From a virus: a stretch of 64,000 bases of DNA. Below are positions 37,450 to 46,186 of the stretch, one piece after another. The stretch is from IMG/VR virus record IMGVR_UViG_3300036781_000230, positions 1-64,000 of that record. One strand, given 5' to 3'. The translations under genes were made by a program, and so were the position numbers. The notes beneath the pieces are model-generated. The model made no database searches. It worked only from the letters and a program-made list of their open reading frames with translations, and was not told where the DNA came from. Each line of letters begins with the position of its first letter. The stretch's first letter is position 1.

Positions 37450-37764
37450 CTATTCTCCATCTATATTGACTTTGATGTTTACCCCATCTAATTTTCCAAT
37501 AACAGTCAGTGGAGGGGTACACAGTTCCTCGAGAATACTCCTTGATCCACTAACAGTTACTGTACAGCTTTTAAATCCATGGTCGAGTTGAACTTCCACT
37601 TTAATTTCCTGAAATTTAGGTCCTAGTGAATCGTCCAAACATTTCAAATAGAGTTGTCTAAATTCTTCACATCCCTTATTAGTAAGAGGAATTCTAGTTG
37701 GAGCCCAGTCCAACACATAAATTACTTGCTTCTTGATTTCTTCGGTTATTTCTTCGGTTGTCAT
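37450..37764 (-). CDS. Hypothetical protein
   Basis: ATGA overlap with the polymerase stop. Confidence 0.55.
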   Translation of the reverse strand: MTTEEITEEIKKQVIYVLDWAPTRIPLTNKGCEEFRQLYLKCLDDSLGPKFQEIKVEVQLDHGFKSCTVTVSGSRSILEELCTPPLTVIGKLDGVNIKVNIDGE

Positions 37765-39662
37765 TCTGTACAAGCCCTCCAGTTTGGTCCAGTTTCTACA
37801 TCCCAAAGTAATGGCACGCGACACGGGATACGGCTATCAGGAGCTTCGAGAAGTTCTTTAAAGTTCTTCTTATGTTTCGGATCCTTATCTATATCACCAT
37901 CAAGTTCATCATGCACCGTGGCCCGTAAATCAATAGTGAGAAATTTACGATTGTTATAAGTTTCTAAGAGTTTAACTTTAAGAGTTTCAGCAGCCGTGCC
38001 CTGAATGATTTTATTAAGAGCTGAGTGTAGACGTTCTCCAGTAGGAAATCTACCTCTTCTCTTCATGATAGTTTTGACATAACCGCGATTTTTAGCTATT
38101 TTCATAGCTTCTCTAGTAAGAGCTTGAGCTTCAGGAAATTTAGTGTCATACTCTTTACTAATTGCAAACGCTTTGTGGATTCTGCAATCCATGTGGTGAC
38201 TAGCTTTATTCCACTGATCTTTAGGATCGCACCCGCACTGACAACTTAAGCCGAGTTTTCTAGCCAACTTCGGAACGCCCATCGTATAGAGTTTTCCGAA
38301 ATTATTATGTTTGGCGTCCTTTCGCTTTTGACCCAACATGTTTGCGACGAGTTGATGAAAATCCATCGTTGGGTCGGCATTATATTCTTTGATAAGTCGC
38401 TCTGACTTAGAATAATGAGCGAACCACCTGAACTCGATTTGACTAGCATCTGCAGAGACATATATCTTTCCTTGTACTGGAATCATGAGTTCTCGAACAA
38501 TCCAATCTCGAATGAACTCTTCTTCTAGTTGACTCTCTACTTTCATTACTTGCTGAATATTGCATCCACCACTCGAAGGTGCAGCTGACGCGTATCTTCC
38601 AGTTACAGTTCCAAAATCGTCATTCCTTAACTGATGAAGACTGTACCTCAAGATATTATCGCGGTCAAGATTTTTCAGATACTTCTTCAAATACTTCGTA
38701 TTTAGAGAATGGAGTTTTCTAGCGGCAATAACTAGTCGTATGCAAGGGTGCTCAACTCTTGAAAGATATTCTTCCTCAAATGTTTCTCCTCCACCTAGCT
38801 CTTCTTCTCTTTTAGGAATAGGAATACTATAGAAGTTAAACAACTTTCGAAGATCATTTCCAGAATTTGGATTGATTTTCAACCCTGTAGTTCGGTGAAG
38901 TTCGAGAATGGCTGCTTGATGAGCTAGTTCAACTTCATGAACCCAGCGTTCAAGCTTAGGTCTATCAATGAGAGCTCCTGCTCTCTCCATAGCGCAGGTA
39001 GCATAGATGAGATCATCTTCCAGATTACATACATCTGTCAAATCTTGCTCGTCTATAAGTTTTTGTTCTACTAAGTCTAGTTGAAGATGAAGGTAAGCAT
39101 CGTATTCCGCGTACTCTCCAACTTCACTAGCGGCCATGTCTGCGATATTGCTTTTATCAGAATCGTGAGGAGATAACTCTGCTTTCTGTTCTCCCAGAAA
39201 TTCAGTAGCTAGAATATTGAGATTAAATCTTCGACGATGCTCATCAAGTAAAGCCGCTTTGAAAGCCGGGTCATGAACCTTAGCTCCTATTTCTTCTAAA
39301 TCTAATCCCCATGTTTTAGTTACATGAACATCAGCTTTTGCGTTAATGATACTTAGATGACGACCTTTAAGTTCTTTCTTAGCCCATCGTCTTACAGAAT
39401 TCTCATCTATATTCCCGCCTCCCCGATGTCCATGAGGAAGATAATACTTCTTAAAATCTGGAGTACAAAGAGCTATTCCTACTTGCTGAGCAGTGAGAAT
39501 GTTCTTGTCACTAAACGTAAACTCAGTATCGAAACCGAAATGTAGATCGAGAGGATACGCCGAAAGGTCAGGCAACTCTTGAGGAGCTGTCCAACCTGAC
39601 GGAGCATGGTGCCCAGAGAACAAATTTCCTACCATACCTGGTTTAGGAAGGATTTTCGGCAT
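37761..39662 (-). CDS. polA: DNA polymerase family A with 3'-5' exonuclease
   Basis: FDTE, YAEYDA, TVTGRY, motif A ADASQIEFR, motif B R..AK..NFG.LY, motif C TVHDEL. Confidence 0.95.
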   Translation of the reverse strand: MPKILPKPGMVGNLFSGHHAPSGWTAPQELPDLSAYPLDLHFGFDTEFTFSDKNILTAQQVGIALCTPDFKKYYLPHGHRGGGNIDENSVRRWAKKELKGRHLSIINAKADVHVTKTWGLDLEEIGAKVHDPAFKAALLDEHRRRFNLNILATEFLGEQKAELSPHDSDKSNIADMAASEVGEYAEYDAYLHLQLDLVEQKLIDEQDLTDVCNLEDDLIYATCAMERAGALIDRPKLERWVHEVELAHQAAILELHRTTGLKINPNSGNDLRKLFNFYSIPIPKREEELGGGETFEEEYLSRVEHPCIRLVIAARKLHSLNTKYLKKYLKNLDRDNILRYSLHQLRNDDFGTVTGRYASAAPSSGGCNIQQVMKVESQLEEEFIRDWIVRELMIPVQGKIYVSADASQIEFRWFAHYSKSERLIKEYNADPTMDFHQLVANMLGQKRKDAKHNNFGKLYTMGVPKLARKLGLSCQCGCDPKDQWNKASHHMDCRIHKAFAISKEYDTKFPEAQALTREAMKIAKNRGYVKTIMKRRGRFPTGERLHSALNKIIQGTAAETLKVKLLETYNNRKFLTIDLRATVHDELDGDIDKDPKHKKNFKELLEAPDSRIPCRVPLLWDVETGPNWRACTE

Positions 39663-40113
39663 TCCACTCCTTCCCAGCTATTTCAATGTAGCAACCTCTT
39701 TCAGCCAACACAAGAAGTCCTTTCTTATCTGCGTAATCTTCAGCACAGATAATTACCTCAATTCCTGTATTAGCTAGCATTTTAGCACATACAAAACAAG
39801 GAACACAGCTACAATAGATAGTATGAGCCCTGTTAAGATCATTACACTGAAGAAGAGCGTTTTGTTCAGCGTGGACTGCCATACATGATGATGTATCCCC
39901 TGGCATATCAGAAGCACCCAAACAAGGAACATCGATACAGTGGTCAAAATCCTTTGGTACACCGTTATACCCTGTGCTAAGTACATGACCTTCCTTATCC
40001 GTTATAATTGCTCCTACTGCTCTTCTAATACAAGTACTACGAGCTGCTACTAGCTGTAACATTGCAAGATAGTACTCATGCCGTTGTAAACGATCTGGTC
40101 GAATTGAGTCCAC
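39643..40113 (-). CDS. dCMP deaminase
   Basis: RSTC.RRAVGA, TGYNG, HAEQNA, PCFVC. Confidence 0.95.
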   Translation of the reverse strand: MDSIRPDRLQRHEYYLAMLQLVAARSTCIRRAVGAIITDKEGHVLSTGYNGVPKDFDHCIDVPCLGASDMPGDTSSCMAVHAEQNALLQCNDLNRAHTIYCSCVPCFVCAKMLANTGIEVIICAEDYADKKGLLVLAERGCYIEIAGKEWNAENPS

Positions 40114-40954
40114 GTAACACCTCCAAACAACTTTTCTTATTACTAGTTAGTGATTGAGTGTATTCTTTCCAAGGACTATCAAAGACTTCTAGGTCAGACG
40201 GATGAACTCTTCTACTTAGAATTCTTTTAATTTCTTCCTGAGTTGGTTCCATTATATCTGGAGTAAATTGAGGAGAACGAATATTCTCTACATTACTCTG
40301 AACTGAAGCTTCAGTTCCAATCATCCAATTAGTTGAATAGATATGACTAGAAGCAAGATTCATAGTCACTGAACCAACCTCTATCCCAAGTCTAGAAGAT
40401 ATGAGATTAGTTAACTGACTAAAAGTAAAGAAATCATATGGAAGTCCCAACCAAACATCTGAACTTCTCATATTTGCAGTACAGTGAAGTTTACTTCCAC
40501 GAACCATCCACTGCAGAGAAATAGTACAAGGGATATCTTTTGAATCAGATGGATTGGGAGTCCAAATAGTTGCTACAGCTTGACGTGAATCAGGTTTTCT
40601 CAACGTCTCGAGTAGATAAGGAAGTTGAGGCATAAGCCGTGGACCATATGCGCCTGATAGTATTTGATCATCATCACTAAATTTACGCATAACTGAATTG
40701 TAAATAGCTAGACTCTCAACATCATTGAGCCCAGCTTGAATCCACAACCACTCAGCAATCATAAATCTATAGTTAAGGTCTCTGGTCTTACTTACCATGA
40801 TGTTATTGAGGCCGTCTTCAATCTCGAGTGTTACATTGAGAATTTCTTTAGTTCTTAATCCTCTGGGTTGATATTCTTTTCCATCTCCTAATAGTGTTCC
40901 AAGTAACTGGAGCCACCCGAACGCAATACTTCTTTGACGAATATGAAGAGCCAT
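40076..40954 (-). CDS. Thymidylate synthase homolog; probable dCMP hydroxymethyltransferase
   Basis: KDIPC, MRSSDVWLGLPYD (Asp at the pyrimidine-specificity site), SSHIY. Confidence 0.8.
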   Translation of the reverse strand: MALHIRQRSIAFGWLQLLGTLLGDGKEYQPRGLRTKEILNVTLEIEDGLNNIMVSKTRDLNYRFMIAEWLWIQAGLNDVESLAIYNSVMRKFSDDDQILSGAYGPRLMPQLPYLLETLRKPDSRQAVATIWTPNPSDSKDIPCTISLQWMVRGSKLHCTANMRSSDVWLGLPYDFFTFSQLTNLISSRLGIEVGSVTMNLASSHIYSTNWMIGTEASVQSNVENIRSPQFTPDIMEPTQEEIKRILSRRVHPSDLEVFDSPWKEYTQSLTSNKKSCLEVLRGLNSTRSFTTA

Positions 40955-40966
40955 TACCCTGTCTTT

Positions 40967-41920
40967 CTATTTTTTCATGGAGTCGAGGATGAGGTCAGAC
41001 ATAACTCGAGGATTATGCCCCTTAAATCTCTTAAGGAAAGACGGGTGAGGTAATCGATCTACTTTAAAAGGTAAGTCAGTATTTCCATCAGTCTGTTTCC
41101 AGAACCATTCTTTTGCTTTATTACCTAGAAGAAAAATTCTTTTCAGATGTGGAAGGTTACACAGAATAGGTCCTAGAGAATGTTGTTCCCCAGTAACTGA
41201 ATAAGCATTAGACAAGGCCAACTGGGACTCTTTGATGCCAGCGAATTCAATAGCTTTGTTAAGGTATCCGCTAGAACCGTTTAGAGCAAAAAATGGTATA
41301 TCAATAGAATCGTGATTTGGTTGGTCACCTATAAAAAGATACTCAGCCCAGTGAGTGCCAATAGTTCCATTCGGTAAGACTACTCTCTCGGTGGATAGAG
41401 ATTCTCTGTGAATTCTCTCAGGAGCATCTTTGGTATAGTCATACATCATGCCCATATTTCCAAAATGATACATCCACTCAGCATATTTCATGAAAACTTT
41501 TTCCCACATAACCATTGGGCTTAAGGTTTGATTCTTAACTCCCTTAAGGTAGTCATCTTTTTCTTTTAGTTTTTCTTTATAGTTTTGTCTAGCAATATCT
41601 ATATTAGGCATAACTATATACATGTTAATGTATTTTGATCGATGAAGTCTATAGAATAGATTTTGACCTTCTATTCCTAGATTGTCTTTTCCTCTGGCTA
41701 TAGGGCCATATATTCTTTCTCCGAGCCATAACCGGTCGTGAACTACAGGTTTTGGAGATCTTAAAGAGTCATCAATAATTTTCAAGTAGTGAGCTACTTG
41801 ATCTACCCCAGGTGAAGGTGGACCTTCATGACGATAGTCAAAGCCCATGTCCACGAGCTTTTTAGCTATTGTAGTTTTTCCTCCACCATCCGGTCCTTCA
41901 AGAATCACAATTCTACCCAC
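40967..41920 (-). CDS. dNMP kinase fused to a uracil-DNA glycosylase-like domain
   Basis: EGPDGGGKTT and HDR; C-terminal IGDQPN, PF...GSSG.L, SNA, LLGNKA, LPHPS. Confidence 0.8.
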   Translation of the reverse strand: MGRIVILEGPDGGGKTTIAKKLVDMGFDYRHEGPPSPGVDQVAHYLKIIDDSLRSPKPVVHDRLWLGERIYGPIARGKDNLGIEGQNLFYRLHRSKYINMYIVMPNIDIARQNYKEKLKEKDDYLKGVKNQTLSPMVMWEKVFMKYAEWMYHFGNMGMMYDYTKDAPERIHRESLSTERVVLPNGTIGTHWAEYLFIGDQPNHDSIDIPFFALNGSSGYLNKAIEFAGIKESQLALSNAYSVTGEQHSLGPILCNLPHLKRIFLLGNKAKEWFWKQTDGNTDLPFKVDRLPHPSFLKRFKGHNPRVMSDLILDSMKK

Positions 41921-41946
41921 GTCTGTTGCCTCAATCTTTCAGTTGT

Positions 41947-42318
41947 TTACTTTTTTTCTGGGATGGCTAATAAGAATTGCTTCCCGCAACATTCGCACCC
42001 TACGTGAAAATGAGGCACCATAACTCCAGCACAAGTTACTGGGTGTTTGTGCTTATCTCTAAATAGTCCGATGTGCTCTATTTCAGCTGGTTGATTTCCT
42101 CCACAGTAGGCAGACTCAAACTTACCGGTCTTTTCTCTACTATAAAAATCGTCAAGAGCGAGACACGTGGGACACTCTAGATTAGCAATTCTATGATTGA
42201 CCCTACGAGTTTCATCGGGACCAATAACAGTTCCGTTAACTGTAAAGTTTTCGATAGAAGGGAAAGGGTGAATCTTGATGGAGGGAATGATTGAATCTAA
42301 GTTGTAGTCTTTCGTCAT
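41947..42318 (-). CDS. Cys-rich (Zn-binding) hypothetical protein
   Basis: CPTC, HFH..CECCG. Confidence 0.6.
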   Translation of the reverse strand: MTKDYNLDSIIPSIKIHPFPSIENFTVNGTVIGPDETRRVNHRIANLECPTCLALDDFYSREKTGKFESAYCGGNQPAEIEHIGLFRDKHKHPVTCAGVMVPHFHVGCECCGKQFLLAIPEKK

Positions 42319-42375
42319 CGTTATTCCTCGTGTAATTCTCACACCAGAGGTTATACTGAGTTAATAAGCTGATAT

Positions 42376-42405
42376 AGGTAGTCTCCTCGATTAAAGAGAC
42401 TACCT
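42376..42405 (-). terminator. Hairpin after the putative DNA-binding gene
   Basis: aggtagtctc/gagactacct. Confidence 0.5.
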
Positions 42406-42441
42406 GTACCAGATGAATCACACAAACTGCTTAATTAAGAA

Positions 42442-42840
42442 TTAAGCAGCAGCCTTGTCTTCAGTTCCAGCAACTTCAGCAGCAGGGGCGGCTGGCGTAA
42501 TCTGCTCGACTTCCTTGTCAGCCACGAGACCCTTGAGGTGATAGGTCGCGGAAGCAACCACAGGCGTCTTGGAGACCAGACCTTCGCACTTGGCAGCGAT
42601 CTGCTCAGCAGTAAAGCTTCCATCGCCCAGACTCTGAAGAGCCTTCACGACGATCTGACGCTGTCCACGGAACTTCGCAGCATCAACTCCCGCAAGGATG
42701 CGGTACTGAACATTCGCAGGAGTACGGGGCGTACGCTCTTTCTTCTGAGCTCCATCAACTGCGGTCTCAGCCTTGTCTCCCTGCTTGGTTTTACCCTTCT
42801 TTGGCTCTTCAGCAACAACCTTCTCAGTAGCTTCCTTCAT
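42442..42840 (-). CDS. Putative abundant winged-helix DNA-binding protein
   Basis: AAAGGAG RBS at MKEATEK; basic N-terminus; wHTH-like core; strongly GC-shifted codons. Confidence 0.7.
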   Translation of the reverse strand: MKEATEKVVAEEPKKGKTKQGDKAETAVDGAQKKERTPRTPANVQYRILAGVDAAKFRGQRQIVVKALQSLGDGSFTAEQIAAKCEGLVSKTPVVASATYHLKGLVADKEVEQITPAAPAAEVAGTEDKAAA

Positions 42841-42859
42841 GGTATTTCTCCTTTCGCTC

Positions 42860-43477
42860 TTAGGCGATAATCTCAAGGATTCCTTGAGATGTAAGTTTAT
42901 TGACAAAGTAGGTCACCACCCTACCAAGATCAGATTTAGTTTCCAGCTTTCCTTTTACGCGTGAGGTGAGTTGGTAAATAGAAGCTGGGCCATGCTCTTT
43001 AAAATCTCTAAGCAAAGCTAACTGCCTGCCATTGAACATTGTTATATCTACATTTGCTTTAAGAGCATATTCTCTGTTAGCCTTATCAGATAGACGAGAT
43101 ATAGATTCTCCATACTCATTTACTGACAAACTACCAATGAACTGCATGGCTTCTTCTATGGTAATTTCTTCCATATCAGCCAAGGCCCTTGCCACAGTGT
43201 TGACAGGGAAAGGGCGATTATTTTCTAAGAAGAAAGCAATTCTCTTCTTAAAAGAGTCCATGAATCTAGAGGCTGAGAACGTAACTCCTGTAGTATTCAT
43301 GGGCCAGATTGATTTTCCAGAATTTCTGGCGAAATCATACTCACTAACTATTAGTTCAGTTAGAGTAATCGGATGAAGAAGATGAGCTTTACGATCTTTC
43401 TCATCGAGTACAATCCATACACCGTAACCGGTGATTGGAGATTTCTCGTGATAGGTGGTAAACTCTCTGATTTCCAC
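42860..43477 (-). CDS. Protein with C-terminal winged-helix-like domain paralogous to 42442..42840
   Basis: Y.L.A.VD...F.G.Q...L.TK.....V.Y....L; start set at GTG 43477 with AAGGA RBS. Confidence 0.65.
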   Translation of the reverse strand: MEIREFTTYHEKSPITGYGVWIVLDEKDRKAHLLHPITLTELIVSEYDFARNSGKSIWPMNTTGVTFSASRFMDSFKKRIAFFLENNRPFPVNTVARALADMEEITIEEAMQFIGSLSVNEYGESISRLSDKANREYALKANVDITMFNGRQLALLRDFKEHGPASIYQLTSRVKGKLETKSDLGRVVTYFVNKLTSQGILEIIA

Positions 43478-43513
43478 TTCAGTAATCCTTTCAGTATCAA
43501 TCAATCTATTAAT

Positions 43514-43543
43514 ACTATAATATGTGATACCGCTAGTTGTACA
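43514..43543 (-). promoter_or_regulatory. Phage promoter TGTACA-N18-TATAGT
   Basis: TGTACAACT motif family. Confidence 0.6.
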
Positions 43544-43597
43544 CAAAATAATGAGCGAGTTTTCATTTATTTTTGCTAGTCACTATTGCACAAAATT

Positions 43598-45079
43598 TTA
43601 TACTCGATAAGAATATGTCCCATCCGGAAGAAGAAACATTAGCCTCTCTTTAGCTCTAGTGACTCCAACATACCACACTCTATGCTCATCGTCAGGATTA
43701 GCTAGAAGACTATCATATACCGCTCTACTAATCTCAGTATCAATAATAACTGTTTGGGCTTCTCTACCTTTGGACTGATGTATAGACAGTAATTCAGTAT
43801 TTGGTCTAGCTGTATTAAGAAACCCTACTCTCCTAGCGCACGACTCTAAGTAATCTTTTCCTGGAAGATTGTGCATTATTCGTGTCCACTCGTGCCACTC
43901 TGGACGATTGATAAAAACATCCTCTAACTTAAATGTTTTTTGAGAGGTTATGCGTTTCTTGATATTCAGGTGAAGAAATCCAGGATCACAGTACTTTACT
44001 ACTTTACGAGCAGCTGCTTGAGGAATTTCTTTATTCTTGATTAATTTATACCAAGACAGTAAAGCAGTTCGTACTCCAGCATCATATAAAGGGCTTCCGT
44101 GTCCTATGAACGGAACACTTTCTTCTTTAAGTTGACGAGCTAATTCTTGTCCTCGATAGTGATTTCTAAAAAGTACAAAAGTTTTATCTTTAAACTCATG
44201 AGTTCGAAGATATCCGATATCAGCTACTTCTCCATCAGACTCAGTGGGAGCATACTCTTTCGTCAGCCGTGTCCCTATCCTACTTACCACTTTCATCGCG
44301 GCCTTATGTACAGCTTTTGATACTCGGTAAGATTGATCTAGAGTCTCAATCATATCTACCTTTAAGTCTTGAAATGCTGTAGCATCAGCACCAGCCCAAT
44401 GAAAAATAGCTTGATCATCATCTCCAGCTATAAACCATCTCTGAGCATTAGCTCCAAGCTTACTAACTACTTCCCACTGTAAACTGGATAAATCCTGAGC
44501 TTCATCTACAAATATAGTGTCGATGTCGAGTGGTTTGCCGTGATCTAGATACTGAGTAAGGAGGTCTGTGTAATCCAACATCCCTTCCATGTTCTTCCAG
44601 TTACGGTATGCTTTCGTGAACCAAACCGCGTATTTGAAGTCAACGTCAAGACTAATTTCTTGTAAAGCTTCTTTAAGTAAAATACCTCGGTGTCTTCCAC
44701 AGTGGTTTGCTTGGAGCAGAAAATCATCTCTTGTTGGGGGATCGAAAGTTCGTTCAAATTCTTCAACCCATGGGTCTGTAGTATTTCCATTAAGCTTAAC
44801 TCCAAGAAATTTTCCGAATGTTCTGAGGTCATGAGGCTTAACAATTTGGTCCTGAGTAATTCCGAGCTGACGATAACAAATAGCATGAATAGTCCTCAAG
44901 TAAGGGAAGTCTGCTTCAATACGTCCTGTTCTTTGTAGAGCTTCTTCTCTAGCAGCTCTAGTGAATGTTAAGAAAGCCACGCGATCAGGTCGTGTTCCAA
45001 GAGTTAGTTCCTCTTCGAGAAGTTCCATCAATCTGGTCGTCTTGCCTGTACCTGGAGGGCCGAGTAACTTTAACTTCAT
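43598..45079 (-). CDS. UvrD/Rep-like SF1 helicase
   Basis: GPPGTGKT, VDEAQD, AGDDDQAI, QSYR, IHQSKGRE, YVGVTRAK. Confidence 0.95.
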   Translation of the reverse strand: MKLKLLGPPGTGKTTRLMELLEEELTLGTRPDRVAFLTFTRAAREEALQRTGRIEADFPYLRTIHAICYRQLGITQDQIVKPHDLRTFGKFLGVKLNGNTTDPWVEEFERTFDPPTRDDFLLQANHCGRHRGILLKEALQEISLDVDFKYAVWFTKAYRNWKNMEGMLDYTDLLTQYLDHGKPLDIDTIFVDEAQDLSSLQWEVVSKLGANAQRWFIAGDDDQAIFHWAGADATAFQDLKVDMIETLDQSYRVSKAVHKAAMKVVSRIGTRLTKEYAPTESDGEVADIGYLRTHEFKDKTFVLFRNHYRGQELARQLKEESVPFIGHGSPLYDAGVRTALLSWYKLIKNKEIPQAAARKVVKYCDPGFLHLNIKKRITSQKTFKLEDVFINRPEWHEWTRIMHNLPGKDYLESCARRVGFLNTARPNTELLSIHQSKGREAQTVIIDTEISRAVYDSLLANPDDEHRVWYVGVTRAKERLMFLLPDGTYSYRV

Positions 45080-45091
45080 GTCTTGCTCTTT

Positions 45092-45589
45092 CTAGAATAA
45101 ACTCAATTGTGTTTCTGATACAGGCAAAACTATTTTTGTTTGTGTGATTACCTCTGGCTTATTTATTTTAGGAGTTAGATGTATTCTTCCTCCCATCTTA
45201 ATTTCAGTTTTTACATTTTCTTTATATAGCGGTAATCCTTCAGATTCTGTCTTAGAGAATCTTATAATTCCCTCTTCTAGATCACCTACTTCCATTACAA
45301 ATCGATACAGCATGCACAAACTTATAGCAGCCCAGTGTCCACTTCCTCGATGAAACACTTGAATCAAAGAAGTATGAATCGCGGCGGACATAGCTATATC
45401 TAAATCTATGACACTTAAAGTTTTAGTAGGTACAGCAGCTACTAATCCTTTTTCAGTAATAGCCCGAATTTCTTCTGATAATTTCTTTAGTGGCTCATTA
45501 TACTTAGCTTCGTGATAGAAATCAGGATCGAGATTTCTAGCTGCATAGCAATCATTAAAGACGTCATACATTTTCAAGTTTGTTGACAT
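45092..45589 (-). CDS. Hypothetical protein
   Basis: ORF in the replication operon. Confidence 0.6.
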   Translation of the reverse strand: MSTNLKMYDVFNDCYAARNLDPDFYHEAKYNEPLKKLSEEIRAITEKGLVAAVPTKTLSVIDLDIAMSAAIHTSLIQVFHRGSGHWAAISLCMLYRFVMEVGDLEEGIIRFSKTESEGLPLYKENVKTEIKMGGRIHLTPKINKPEVITQTKIVLPVSETQLSLF

Positions 45590-46025
45590 CGGGACATCTC
45601 CTCAAAAAATCATTAAGATAGTCTTCGTACCATTTTGATTTAGCATGATCCTGAGTTCTTTCATACTGATTTTTCTTTCCTGCCCTAGCTGTATACTTGA
45701 TTATATTTCCTTTTAGGAAACCAATGAGTTCATCTCTTGATAGCCAAACCTCAAGAACCTTAATGACCTCATAAGGGTTGTCTCCACCATAGTGAGAAGG
45801 ATGGTTTACTTTATCTATGATTGGCTCTACTGGAGTATTTTCTATCATATAATTCCATCCTCTAGGTAATTCTTCATTAGCGAACCTAATCACAGAGTCT
45901 TGATTAGCATCTCCGAGTAAGATAAGCAGTTCTCTTTTTATATTATCTACTTTAGAAGTTAATCCACTTCCTCTAAAATTACAAAATAAAGTATGAGTAA
46001 AGTGTTCAATATTAGAATAAGCCAT
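45564..46025 (-). CDS. DUF3310 (T7 gp1.7-like nucleotide kinase) domain protein
   Basis: VNHPSHY, GFLKGNIIKY..RAGKK, D..K..WY. Confidence 0.85.
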   Translation of the reverse strand: MAYSNIEHFTHTLFCNFRGSGLTSKVDNIKRELLILLGDANQDSVIRFANEELPRGWNYMIENTPVEPIIDKVNHPSHYGGDNPYEVIKVLEVWLSRDELIGFLKGNIIKYTARAGKKNQYERTQDHAKSKWYEDYLNDFLRRCPDVNKLENV

Positions 46026-46186
46026 TATTCCTCCTTATTATTAGATGGGCACTTTTTATTGTAGCAATCTCCATCACACCCTAAGGGATCGCCGCACTCA
46101 TCGCAAGTATACCCATCAGCATCTCCAAAATGCTCTTCTATATCGGCTCCCGTTACTCCAGGAGGATAATTAGATAGATTGCTCAT
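46025..46186 (-). CDS. Small Cys-rich protein (53 aa, not in ORF track)
   Basis: MSNLSNYPPGVT..CDECG..C..C..C; TAATG overlaps at both ends. Confidence 0.55.
   Translation of the reverse strand: MSNLSNYPPGVTGADIEEHFGDADGYTCDECGDPLGCDGDCYNKKCPSNNKEE

Noticed and set aside
40076-40954. Ordinary ThyA or dUMP hydroxymethylase
   Set aside because: Asp instead of Asn at the specificity position, and a separate ThyX is present.
43586-43591. Possible further dyad half-sites (TTGCAC at 43586, GTGCAA at 2805, ATGCAA at 56745)
   Set aside because: No matching partner hexamer at the 30-nt spacing.
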